Source: an uncultured Bacilli bacterium
GTDB lineage: Bacteria > Bacillota_I > Bacilli_A > RF39 > UBA660
Direction of reading: 5' to 3'
DNA length: 43,868 bases
NCBI GenBank assembly: GCA_944372025.1
Contig: CALVYE010000001.1
Span: 1-43,868 of the forward strand
The notes beneath the pieces are model-generated. The model saw nothing but the letters and a program-made list of their open reading frames with translations. It was not told the DNA's origin and made no database searches. Position 1 is the stretch's first letter. Each line of letters begins with the position of its first letter. Shown here in pieces: positions 8,598 through 17,042 of the stretch. The position numbers and the translations under genes were made by a program.

Positions 8598-9278
8598 AAT
8601 CACATCATCAATAATATATTTAGCACATAAAATACCAGCTACATTGGGAACAAAAGACATCGAACCTAAAACTTTTGTGTTTTCAAAATTATCTATAACT
8701 TTTTCTTTAGAAGATACTACAAAAATTTTATCTTTAATTTCTTCATCTTTTACCCATTTTCTTATTATCTTAGCAAGTTTGTCATAACTAGTTTTTCTAA
8801 TATCAACTACTTCTAATTTAGTAGGATCTAATTTTTTAGCTGTTCCCATACAAGATATAAATTTTATTTTATTATCTAAACATTTTTTAATTATTAATTT
8901 TTTAGTATCTACGGTATCACATGCATCTATTACATAATCAATTTTGTTTTCAAATAAATTATCAATATTATTTTTATCTATAAACTTATTAATAATTACA
9001 ACATTACAATTTGGATTAATATCTTTAATTCTATTAAAAAACATATCTGTTTTATTTTCATTAATTGTGGAATGTAACGCTATTATTTGTCTATTAATAT
9101 TAGTTATATCAACCTTATCAAAATCTACAATTATAACGTTTTCAATTCCATTTCGTACAAGAGTTTCTAATGCATATCCGCCTACTCCACCAAGACCAAT
9201 AATCATTACAGTTTTGGATTTTATAAGCGATAATTTATCTTTACCAATTAAAGTTTCAATCCTTGAAAATTCATTCAT
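8589..9278 (-). CDS. tcdA: tRNA threonylcarbamoyladenosine dehydratase (ThiF/E1-like; YrvM/TcdA family)
   Basis: Rossmann motif 'IIGLGGVGGYALETLVRNG', 'VDFDKVDITNINRQ' and 'VIDACD'. I moved the start to the internal ATG (MNEFSRI) because it is preceded by GGTGA; the 21-codon upstream extension overlaps a structured RNA. Confidence 0.85.
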   Translation of the reverse strand: MNEFSRIETLIGKDKLSLIKSKTVMIIGLGGVGGYALETLVRNGIENVIIVDFDKVDITNINRQIIALHSTINENKTDMFFNRIKDINPNCNVVIINKFIDKNNIDNLFENKIDYVIDACDTVDTKKLIIKKCLDNKIKFISCMGTAKKLDPTKLEVVDIRKTSYDKLAKIIRKWVKDEEIKDKIFVVSSKEKVIDNFENTKVLGSMSFVPNVAGILCAKYIIDDVISE

Positions 9279-9299
9279 AATATCACCATTTAAACATAA

Positions 9300-9475
9300 T
9301 AAAACCCAGAAGTGCGCTATCATGAGATTAAAAACCTGCACTTGTACAGGTGGGCATCACATGATAGATTTTAGGATCCTTGATTTTACAAGTCTTCTAC
9401 ACCACCTACCAATTAGATTCCCTTATAAACTCAATTAGTCGGTTTTAATTAATGACACACGCATCTTCTAGGTAT
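9300..9475 (-). ncRNA. ssrS: candidate 6S RNA (SsrS)
   Basis: A GC-richer island with no coding potential. The 5' end CCTAGAAGATGCGTGTGTCATTAATTAAAACC pairs with the 3' end GGTTTTTAATCTCATGATAGCGCACTTCTGGG to form a long irregular closing stem. An internal helix GGTAGGTGG/CCCACCT flanks unpaired central segments. It has its own extended -10 promoter. Its position next to tcdA/yrvM matches my recollection that B. subtilis 6S-1 (bsrA) lies in the aspS-yrvM intergenic region. Confidence 0.55.
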
Positions 9476-9479
9476 TTAT

Positions 9480-9488
9480 ATTATAACA
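9480..9488 (-). promoter_or_regulatory. extended -10 promoter (TGTTATAAT) of the candidate 6S RNA
   Basis: The minus strand reads TGTTATAAT, ending about 7 nt upstream of the first base of the closing stem. It lies downstream of the mtaB stop. Confidence 0.5.
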
Positions 9489-9525
9489 CATATATTTATA
9501 TATTAGTATATTTTTATATAAAAAT

Positions 9526-10821
9526 TTAAACTTTTAAACTAATATTTTTTACAAAACACTTATTTCCCTTTATTTCATCAATTTTTACTTTAATTAATTT
9601 ATTTATTAAATCTTCATCACTTTCAATCATTACCTCTAAGTAATTTGATGTATGTCCAACATACATATTATCAATTTTGCGTTCTACTAAAACTTCGACT
9701 TCTTTATTTAAAAATTTATTATAATACTTTTCCTCTAAGAAATTTGATAAATTAATTAATTCTTTAACTCTATATTTTTTCTCTTTATCATCTACCTGAT
9801 TTTCCATTGAAGCAGCTTTAGTACCTTCACGTTTTGAATATGGGAACACATGTATTTTAGAAAAATTAATTTTTTTAATAAATTCTAAAGTGTTATTAAA
9901 GTCTTCTAAAGTTTCATTTGGAAATCCTACAATAACATCCGTAGTAATTGAAATATTTGGACGTATTTTTCTAATTTGTTCTATTTTGTTATAAAAATAT
10001 TCTGTATTATATTTACGATTCATTAATTTTAAAATCTTATCATTCCCACTTTGTAAAGGTATATGCATATGATCTACAATTAAAGAATTATTTTCTAATT
10101 CCCCTAAAAATTCATCGGTAAGTTCAGTAATTTCAATAGATGATATTCTAATACGTTTTAAACCGTTTATTTTTCTTAGTTCCTTTAATAAAGTAGTTAA
10201 ATTATATCCTAAATCTTTACCATAGTTACCTGTATGGATACCTGTAAGAACAATTTCTTTATGACCGTTTTTTACTAACTTTTTTACTTCATCAATAACT
10301 TTTTCTATTTTTTTACTTCTTACATTTCCTCTAACATATGGAATTATACAATATGAACAAAAGTTATTACATCCATCTTGAATTTTTACAAAAGCCCTAG
10401 TATGAGTTTCAAACTTTTCAATTTCCATATCTTCAAATTCTTGATTTTTTAAATCATAAATTTTACTTATAAATTTTCTTTGTTTTAAATATTCTTCTAA
10501 AATATTTACAATTTTACTTTTATCCTTATTTCCAAGTATTATATCCACTGATGATTTATTACTAATGTCGCCTTTCTTATATTGAGTAAAACATCCACAT
10601 ACAATAATTATTGCGTTAGGATTATTTCTTCTAGTGTGATTTATTATTTTTTTACTTTTATTATCAGAGGTATTAGTAACAGTACATGTATTTATGATAT
10701 AAATGTCTGCATTATCATTGTAATCAACTTTTTTATACCCCCTAGAATTAAATAAGTGAGTTATAAACTCACTTTCATAGGCATTAACTTTACAACCTAA
10801 AGTATATACAGCAAAAGTCAT
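9526..10821 (-). CDS. mtaB: tRNA (t6A37) methylthiotransferase MtaB (radical SAM, UPF0004 + TRAM)
   Basis: 'FAVYTLGCKVNAYESE' N-terminal domain, radical-SAM 'CNNFCSYCIIP' and a C-terminal TRAM-like region. Follows rsmE as in the B. subtilis yqeU-yqeV arrangement. Confidence 0.85.
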   Translation of the reverse strand: MTFAVYTLGCKVNAYESEFITHLFNSRGYKKVDYNDNADIYIINTCTVTNTSDNKSKKIINHTRRNNPNAIIIVCGCFTQYKKGDISNKSSVDIILGNKDKSKIVNILEEYLKQRKFISKIYDLKNQEFEDMEIEKFETHTRAFVKIQDGCNNFCSYCIIPYVRGNVRSKKIEKVIDEVKKLVKNGHKEIVLTGIHTGNYGKDLGYNLTTLLKELRKINGLKRIRISSIEITELTDEFLGELENNSLIVDHMHIPLQSGNDKILKLMNRKYNTEYFYNKIEQIRKIRPNISITTDVIVGFPNETLEDFNNTLEFIKKINFSKIHVFPYSKREGTKAASMENQVDDKEKKYRVKELINLSNFLEEKYYNKFLNKEVEVLVERKIDNMYVGHTSNYLEVMIESDEDLINKLIKVKIDEIKGNKCFVKNISLKV

Positions 10822-11531
10822 TAATCTAAACTGTCCCTTAATTCTTTTAAAGCTTTTAAAAATTCATCACTAGAATAAAGGTTAGTATCAACATTCTTAA
10901 TATTTAACATTTCTTTAATATCATCTTGTTTAAAAAGTGTCGTAGTAGTTTCTTTTGGAGCGGGTGTATCACTTAAATCACTAAAATCTAAGATTTCAGT
11001 ATCATAATCAAAGTCTTCTTTGATTTCTTCTTTTTTAGGTTCTAATTCTACAGTTTGAACATTAACTTTGTTTGCGATAGCATTTTGTTTTACTTTATTT
11101 AAAAGTTCTGTATAGCTTATGATTGCTTTTTCTTCTTGTTCTACTTCATATTCTGTAAGGTCTATATTACTACTTTCAATATCTTCTTCAATTTGTTTAG
11201 CTGCATTTGCAATATCAAATTTTTCATTATTATCTTTTTTTTCTTCATAAGTTACACTTGGTATTGATGATGGACTTTCTTTTTCGATTTCAATCTTTTT
11301 AGCAACCTCATTAACTTTATCAATATCTACATTATCGACAAATACACTTTTAGAATTGGTGTCTTCTTTTTTTAAATCATCAAAAAAATCCATATCTATA
11401 TTAGTTTCTTTTTCCTCTTTATTTTTAATACATAAATAAATAATTAAGCCTATTAAAACAAAAAACATTATTATTAAAATTATAAATAAAGATTTACCTA
11501 ATACAGATAAATTATTAAAAATATCAATCAT
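10821..11531 (-). CDS. N-terminally membrane-anchored acidic (E/D/K-rich) hypothetical protein (236 aa)
   Basis: A single TM segment, 'LFIILIIMFFVLIGLIIYLCI', followed by low-complexity acidic sequence. The start is 6 nt after the rsmE stop, and the stop overlaps the mtaB start (TAATG). Confidence 0.55.
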   Translation of the reverse strand: MIDIFNNLSVLGKSLFIILIIMFFVLIGLIIYLCIKNKEEKETNIDMDFFDDLKKEDTNSKSVFVDNVDIDKVNEVAKKIEIEKESPSSIPSVTYEEKKDNNEKFDIANAAKQIEEDIESSNIDLTEYEVEQEEKAIISYTELLNKVKQNAIANKVNVQTVELEPKKEEIKEDFDYDTEILDFSDLSDTPAPKETTTTLFKQDDIKEMLNIKNVDTNLYSSDEFLKALKELRDSLD

Positions 11532-11537
11532 TTTTGA

Positions 11538-12257
11538 TCACTCCATATATTCATATTTAACCATACTACACAAAGTTATTGGTGCGGTCTCACATCTAAG
11601 TATACTTTTTCCAAGACTTGCTCTAATAAAATTGTTATTTACTAAATATATTTCTTCGTTTTCACTTATCCCACCTTCGGGACCTACTACAACAATAATT
11701 TTATCACATTTCTTATTATTTTGTAATACTTTCTTAATATTTGTTACATTTTGGTTTACACTACATACTATTTTTAAATCATAATTCAAACTAACTAATT
11801 TTTGAAGATTCATATTATTATTAACTGTAGGAATCATATTTCGTTTAGCTTGTTCTGAAGCCTCTTTACATATAGTTTGCCACCTATCTATTTTTTTATC
11901 TATTTTCGATGGATTTATTTTAACTACACATCTTTCTAATTCTAAAGGAATAAACTCAGTCGCACCCAATTCTGTACATTTTTGTAAAATTAAATCAATT
12001 TTATCTTCTTTAGTAAGAGGAAAAGCTATTGTAAGGTTAATTGGAAGTTCATTATTATCTTTTTTTTCTTCTGTTATCGATATATCTATATTATTATCAT
12101 ATATAGAATCAATGTTACAAATATATAATTTTTTATCATATATAACTTCTATTTTATCGTTTTTATTCATACGCATTACATTTTTTATATGATGTAAATC
12201 TTTTTTATTTAAAATTAGTTTATTATTTTCTTTTTTACAAGCAAAATATCTTTGCAC
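11538..12257 (-). CDS. rsmE: 16S rRNA (uracil1498-N3)-methyltransferase RsmE
   Basis: 'MQRYF' start, 'HHIKNVMRM', and the SPOUT C-terminus 'VVVGPEGGISENE' and 'LGKSILRCETA'. Confidence 0.85.
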   Translation of the reverse strand: MQRYFACKKENNKLILNKKDLHHIKNVMRMNKNDKIEVIYDKKLYICNIDSIYDNNIDISITEEKKDNNELPINLTIAFPLTKEDKIDLILQKCTELGATEFIPLELERCVVKINPSKIDKKIDRWQTICKEASEQAKRNMIPTVNNNMNLQKLVSLNYDLKIVCSVNQNVTNIKKVLQNNKKCDKIIVVVGPEGGISENEEIYLVNNNFIRASLGKSILRCETAPITLCSMVKYEYME

Positions 12258-12290
12258 TAAAACATCACCTAAATATATAATACTAAAATG

Positions 12291-12328
12291 TATATAAAAA
12301 ATAAAGCAATCTTACAATTTTGCTTTAT
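12291..12328 (-). terminator. rho-independent terminator after topA
   Basis: 10-bp arms aataaagcaa (12299-12308) and ttgctttatt (12319-12328). Minus-strand T-tail. The stop codon lies in the stem. Confidence 0.6.
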
Positions 12329-14358
12329 TTTTCTTTTTCAAAATCACAATTTACACATTTTATTTTCTTGCCCTTTTCAACTAAAATACCATTACACTGA
12401 GGGCAGTAATGTCCTGTTGGTTTATCCCATAACGCATAATTACATTTTGGATAATTATTACACCCATAGAAGATTTTACCTTTTCTTGTTTTCTTTTCTA
12501 CAATTTTACCTTCGCATATTGGACAGTCTATAAATTCCTTAATTTCTTTAGGTTCTTGTTTAATATATTTACAATTAGGATAATTACTACATGCTGTAAA
12601 CTCTCCATATTTACCTTTTCTTATAACTAACGGACTTCCACATTCGGGACAATTTTCACCCGTTTCTTTTGGAGCTTTCTTTTCCATTTTGTCAAAAGCA
12701 TCTTCTACTAAGGGTTCAAACTCATCATAAAAATCTTGAATTAATTTATACCAAACTAAATCTCCATCTGCAATTTTATCAAGACCATCTTCCATATTAG
12801 CCGTATATTTTACATTTATAATATTTGAGAAGAACTCTTGAAGTTTATCGGTTATTTCAAATCCTATTTCTGTAGGAATAAATTTTTTATCTACGACATC
12901 AACATAGTTTCTGCTAACTAAAGTCTCAACAATTTTAGCATATGTACTTGGTCTACCTATACCTAATTCTTCCATTTCTTTAATTAATTTAGCTTCAGTA
13001 TATCTTGCAGGTGGTTTAGTATGATGTTCACTTTTTTCTATACTTTCAGCAACTATTACTTTTGTATGATACTTATCGAAAGGTGGTAAAATTTTATCTT
13101 CATTTGATTCATATTCTTGATATACTTTCAAATATCCATCATAGATTAATACTTGACCTGTTGCTTTAAATTTATAATCATTATTATCTAAAATAACAGT
13201 CGTTTGTTCCACTTTAGCATCTTTCATCAAAGAAGCTAAAGCACGATAATATATTAATCTATATAGCTTATACTCATCAGGTGTTAAAAATTCTTTAACA
13301 CTATCTGGAGTACGATATATACTTGTAGGTCTTATAGCTTCATGTGCATCTTGAACATTTTCTTTCTTCTTACTTTGCTTAGGATAACCTATATAGTCTT
13401 TACCATAGTTTTCTTCTATGTAGTGAAATGTACTATTAACAAATTCATCTGCAAGTCTTATAGAATCAGTTCTCATGTAGGTAATTAGCCCAACAGTCTC
13501 ATTAGAAAGATCTACACCTTCATATAATTTTTGAGCGATACGCATAGTTTTACTCGCACCAAAATTTAACTTAGAGCTTGCTTCTTGTTGCATACTACTT
13601 GTAATGAAAGGAGCTTTAGATTTTCTATTTTTCTTTTTAGTATCGATAGATTCAAGATTGAATGCTTTAGAAAGTTTAGATAATACTTCATCTGCCTCTT
13701 CTAAAGTTTTCAATTCAATATCTTGGTCTTTATACTTTTCTAATTTAGCTTCAAAATCTTTAAAGAAAGCATCTATTTCATAGTAATCTTCAACTACAAA
13801 GTTTTCTATTTCACGTTCTTTATCTACGATTAATTTTAATGCGACACTTTGGACTCTGCCCGCACTTTTACCACCTGTTTTAGATTGCATTAATTTACTT
13901 AGTCTAAAGCCTATAATTCTATCTAAAATTCTTCTAGCTTCTTGGCTGTTAACCATTTTCATATCTATTTTACGAGTATGTTTAAAAGCATCTAGAACTG
14001 CATTTTTGGTAATTTCATTAAATACTACTCTATCATAATCACTATCTTTTAGGCCTAGTGCATCATATAAATGCCAACTTATTGCTTCTCCTTCACGGTC
14101 GGGGTCGCTTGCTAAATATACTTTATCACTATTTTTTACATCTTTTTTTAATTCTGTAATTACTTTACCTTTGCCTGGTATATTTATATAGTTGGGTTTA
14201 AAATGATTTTCGATATCTACACCTAATCCGAACTTTCCTGTGGTTGCTAAATCTCTTATATGCCCCTTACTAGAAACAACTTTATAGTCATTGCCCAAAT
14301 ATTTTTCTATTGTTTTACTTTTACTAGGTGATTCCACAATAACTAAATTTTTACTCAC
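12325..14358 (-). CDS. topA: DNA topoisomerase I
   Basis: TOPRIM 'LVIVESPSKSKTIEKYLG', 'LASDPDREGEAISWH', the active-site region 'ITYMRTDS', and three C-terminal CxxC...CxxC zinc ribbons. Confidence 0.95.
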   Translation of the reverse strand: MSKNLVIVESPSKSKTIEKYLGNDYKVVSSKGHIRDLATTGKFGLGVDIENHFKPNYINIPGKGKVITELKKDVKNSDKVYLASDPDREGEAISWHLYDALGLKDSDYDRVVFNEITKNAVLDAFKHTRKIDMKMVNSQEARRILDRIIGFRLSKLMQSKTGGKSAGRVQSVALKLIVDKEREIENFVVEDYYEIDAFFKDFEAKLEKYKDQDIELKTLEEADEVLSKLSKAFNLESIDTKKKNRKSKAPFITSSMQQEASSKLNFGASKTMRIAQKLYEGVDLSNETVGLITYMRTDSIRLADEFVNSTFHYIEENYGKDYIGYPKQSKKKENVQDAHEAIRPTSIYRTPDSVKEFLTPDEYKLYRLIYYRALASLMKDAKVEQTTVILDNNDYKFKATGQVLIYDGYLKVYQEYESNEDKILPPFDKYHTKVIVAESIEKSEHHTKPPARYTEAKLIKEMEELGIGRPSTYAKIVETLVSRNYVDVVDKKFIPTEIGFEITDKLQEFFSNIINVKYTANMEDGLDKIADGDLVWYKLIQDFYDEFEPLVEDAFDKMEKKAPKETGENCPECGSPLVIRKGKYGEFTACSNYPNCKYIKQEPKEIKEFIDCPICEGKIVEKKTRKGKIFYGCNNYPKCNYALWDKPTGHYCPQCNGILVEKGKKIKCVNCDFEKEK

Positions 14359-14484
14359 TATGCACCAGTCCTCTCTTTTCTTATTTAATTATATACAGTT
14401 TTTTTTATGATTTGTCAACTGTTTTTAAATTTAATTAATATTGTATGTATACTATAATATTCGAAAAATTAGTAAAATAAGTCT

Positions 14485-14515
14485 ACAAAAAAAGAAGTCA
14501 ATTATTCGACTTCTT
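14485..14515 (-). terminator. rho-independent terminator after the 159-aa lipoprotein gene
   Basis: Stem aagaagtc/gacttctt with an 8-nt loop and a TTTTTTTG tail on the minus strand. Confidence 0.6.
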
Positions 14516-14981
14516 CACATTCTGCACCTAATCCTTCATACATGCTTTGTAGTTTTTCTTTTAAAATTTTATTATCATCATTTAATAAATTTGACATTGT
14601 AGGATCATCTTCTGCCAATTTTTCTAAATTTAATTTTTCATAATCTATAGAAACATCACCTACTACATTATCTGTACCTCTAGTTATATCATATTCATAT
14701 CCACCATACGCTTCTTGCATTTTTGAATAAGTGTCGGTTAAAGTAGTTGCAAATTGATCTATTATACTTGAATCATCAGATGTTACTTTTTCAGCAGATT
14801 TAACAGAGTTTACAATATCACCTTTATAATGAATTTCATAAGTAGATTCTAATTTATAATTATTTATTACATCATTTTTTGATAAAGTACACTTTGTAAC
14901 TTTTGCTTCAGCTTCTTTTCCACATCCTACTAAGATAAGCATCATTGCTACACATAAAACCCCAAATATTTTCTTTTTCAT
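14502..14981 (-). CDS. lipoprotein, YehR/DUF1307-like
   Basis: Lipobox 'LVGCG'. Size and the pattern 'YEIHYKGDIV...' fit the small DUF1307 lipoproteins; this is a family call by eye only. Confidence 0.55.
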   Translation of the reverse strand: MKKKIFGVLCVAMMLILVGCGKEAEAKVTKCTLSKNDVINNYKLESTYEIHYKGDIVNSVKSAEKVTSDDSSIIDQFATTLTDTYSKMQEAYGGYEYDITRGTDNVVGDVSIDYEKLNLEKLAEDDPTMSNLLNDDNKILKEKLQSMYEGLGAECEEVE

Positions 14982-15071
14982 TTATTCTCACACTCCTCTA
15001 CATTGATAATATCATTTTAATATATTATAGTCAATCATATTTTTATAATTTGAAAATATGTATAAATTTTC

Positions 15072-15098
15072 AAAAAAAAGATATCATTTAAGATATCT
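15072..15098 (-). terminator. rho-independent terminator after the 181-aa lipoprotein gene
   Basis: Stem agatatc/gatatct with a 6-nt loop and a T8 tail on the minus strand. Confidence 0.55.
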
Positions 15099-15642
15099 AA
15101 TAATTATATATTCCATGTATTTTTTGTCTTTCAGTTTCCGTAAGATTATCTAATTCCCATTCGTCATCAACTTTAGTTAAAGTAAGTTCTAAAGTATATT
15201 TTACTCTATCTTTAGCTTCTTCCATTTTATCTAATTTATAATCAGTATATTTTTCTTTTGAATATTTTCCATCATCACCAAGAAATTCATCTTCATGACT
15301 ATTTAAATAATCTTCAGATTCTTTGATTGCACGTGTAAGATCTCTAACTTCAATTTCTGTTTCAACTGTAGCATTTTCTCCATCAATTTTTTCATTTTTA
15401 ATAGTATAAGTTAAATCTTGATATTGCTCCTTTAAAAGATTTCTATATCTTTCTTTTTGTTTATCTGATAAATCTTCTTCACTATCTACTACTTTGTTTA
15501 AATCATCTAAAACATCATCGTCTAACATTTGATATTTACCCATTAATTCTTCTACTTTCTTGGTTGGAGAATTTCCTACTTGATCACATCCTGTTGTAAA
15601 TAATAACATAATAGTCAATATACTAAATATAACTTTTTTCAT
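15097..15642 (-). CDS. lipoprotein, unknown function
   Basis: Lipobox 'LFTTGCD'. I placed the start at MKKVIF because the upstream 'MRRNN' codons are themselves the SD (GAGGAGG). Confidence 0.6.
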   Translation of the reverse strand: MKKVIFSILTIMLLFTTGCDQVGNSPTKKVEELMGKYQMLDDDVLDDLNKVVDSEEDLSDKQKERYRNLLKEQYQDLTYTIKNEKIDGENATVETEIEVRDLTRAIKESEDYLNSHEDEFLGDDGKYSKEKYTDYKLDKMEEAKDRVKYTLELTLTKVDDEWELDNLTETERQKIHGIYNY

Positions 15643-15699
15643 ATTATTCCTCCTCATTACTAATATGAGGTAAATATGTTAATTTTATACATTTTTTAC

Positions 15700-16920
15700 T
15701 TAGTCATAAATTCCTTTTAACATGTTAGATACAGCTGCATAAATGTATGATATTTTATACCAGGTAGCATAATTAACTATACCCGTAACAGGTAAATTAA
15801 ATACACTTTGAAATTTTTTGACTGCAGTAGTAGTATCTGGTCCAAAAACTCCATTTGCATCACTTATTAAAGGAATGGCAGGATAACTTCCTCTTATTTT
15901 ATTAAGCTCATTTTGTAAAAGTTGTACTTCCTCTCCACAAGCTCCTTCTTTTAAATTATAACCTGGAAACGATGTTGGAAGATCTGAAACTAACTCTGCA
16001 GTTGCAAGATTTATACTATTTCCATAATAATATCTTAATATTTGTATCGCACTATATCCTTGATCTCCCAAAGATTTTGATCCCCATTGACTTAACCAAC
16101 CTTCTCTTACTACTTTTATACCATCACTGTATTGTGCTAAAAAGGGATAAGGTCTATCAGGAAAAGTTAAATATTCTGTAAATATTTCATCTACAACATT
16201 TGATATTGTATCAAAAATAGTTCTATTATGAGTATATTTTTGATCGTAAGTAGTTGTAGATGTAATTGTAAAGTTGTAACCTTTAGATGGATACCATTCG
16301 GTAAAAATTCTATTTAAAGTAAAGGAAACTATCGCATGAACATTAGCCTTTAAAGTTTCTCTAGGCCAACTTGGATAAATTTCTGATGAAGCTACATTTT
16401 TTATATAATCTGGAAAAGATACATAATAATTAGCAGCCGATGTATTACTTGGTACTCCATCATGAACTATGATATATTCAGGAATAATAACTCTAGGTAA
16501 TACTTTTGCCATAATATTAACGTTGTTAGGATTTTCTATATTTTTTGCTGGATCATTTGCCCATAAAGCAGGTGCTGAAATAACTGTTAAATTTTCGCCA
16601 TTATTTTCGTTTGGTGGAATTAAAAAGACATCTTGATAGGAAACAATATCAGAAAAAATTTGTACTCCGCTAACTACACTTGGTTCTAGACCTTCTTTTG
16701 TAACAGTTACAGTATATTCACTGAAAGGTCTAATTACATCTTGAGGTTCTAAAGAATATTCTATATCGGGTGCTGCTAGTTCTATTTCGTTAGTTTTTCC
16801 TGATTCATCAGTAACAACATTTATATTTGTATTTTCTCCAACTATATTGACATTCGCACCACTTATAGGTTGTGCAATATTATCTACATATACACTAACA
16901 ATTAAACGTCCAATTGCCAT
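15700..16920 (-). CDS. sleC: SleC-like spore cortex-lytic enzyme (pre-pro form) with C-terminal PG_binding_1 domain
   Basis: The N-terminus 'LIVSVYVDNIAQPISGANVNI...LAAPDIEYSLEPQDVIRPFSEYTV' resembles what I recall of the clostridial SleC N-terminal region. The C-terminus 'GEEVQLLQNELNKI...FGPDTTTAVKKFQSVFNLPVTGIVNYATW' is a PG_binding_1 repeat. No signal peptide. I placed the start at the ATG preceded by AAAGGA rather than at the upstream GTG. Confidence 0.5.
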   Translation of the reverse strand: MAIGRLIVSVYVDNIAQPISGANVNIVGENTNINVVTDESGKTNEIELAAPDIEYSLEPQDVIRPFSEYTVTVTKEGLEPSVVSGVQIFSDIVSYQDVFLIPPNENNGENLTVISAPALWANDPAKNIENPNNVNIMAKVLPRVIIPEYIIVHDGVPSNTSAANYYVSFPDYIKNVASSEIYPSWPRETLKANVHAIVSFTLNRIFTEWYPSKGYNFTITSTTTYDQKYTHNRTIFDTISNVVDEIFTEYLTFPDRPYPFLAQYSDGIKVVREGWLSQWGSKSLGDQGYSAIQILRYYYGNSINLATAELVSDLPTSFPGYNLKEGACGEEVQLLQNELNKIRGSYPAIPLISDANGVFGPDTTTAVKKFQSVFNLPVTGIVNYATWYKISYIYAAVSNMLKGIYD

Positions 16921-17042
16921 AAAATTCAAATCCTTTCTTTTATACACTTAAATATATGTTTTTAAAAGAAAAAATATAAAATAAAATGAAACATATGAAT
17001 TTTAAATAATATAATAGTTAGTGATAAGATATGGAGGTAATT

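Noticed and set aside
9279-9341. 21-codon N-terminal extension of tcdA given by the ORF track (MQVFNLMIAHFWVLLCLNGDI)
   Set aside because: It has no SD and overlaps the 3' half of the candidate 6S RNA closing stem. The internal ATG at 9278 has a GGTGA SD and aligns with the start of TcdA/YrvM homologues.
8944-9438. 164-aa plus-strand ORF spanning the tcdA 5' end and the intergenic RNA
   Set aside because: It is antisense to a well-supported ThiF-family CDS and runs through the structured RNA. It has no SD and a hydrophobic junk-like translation.
9300-9475. Alternative reading of the structured RNA as a cis-acting riboswitch/leader of tcdA, or as SRP RNA, tmRNA or RNase P RNA
   Set aside because: I could not find the signature motifs of SRP domain IV (GGAAG...AGCA), the tmRNA tag region or RNase P (GAGGAAAGUCC). 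I know of no riboswitch class associated with tcdA. The rod-like fold with a central bubble, plus the synteny, fits 6S better. The leader option is not fully excluded.
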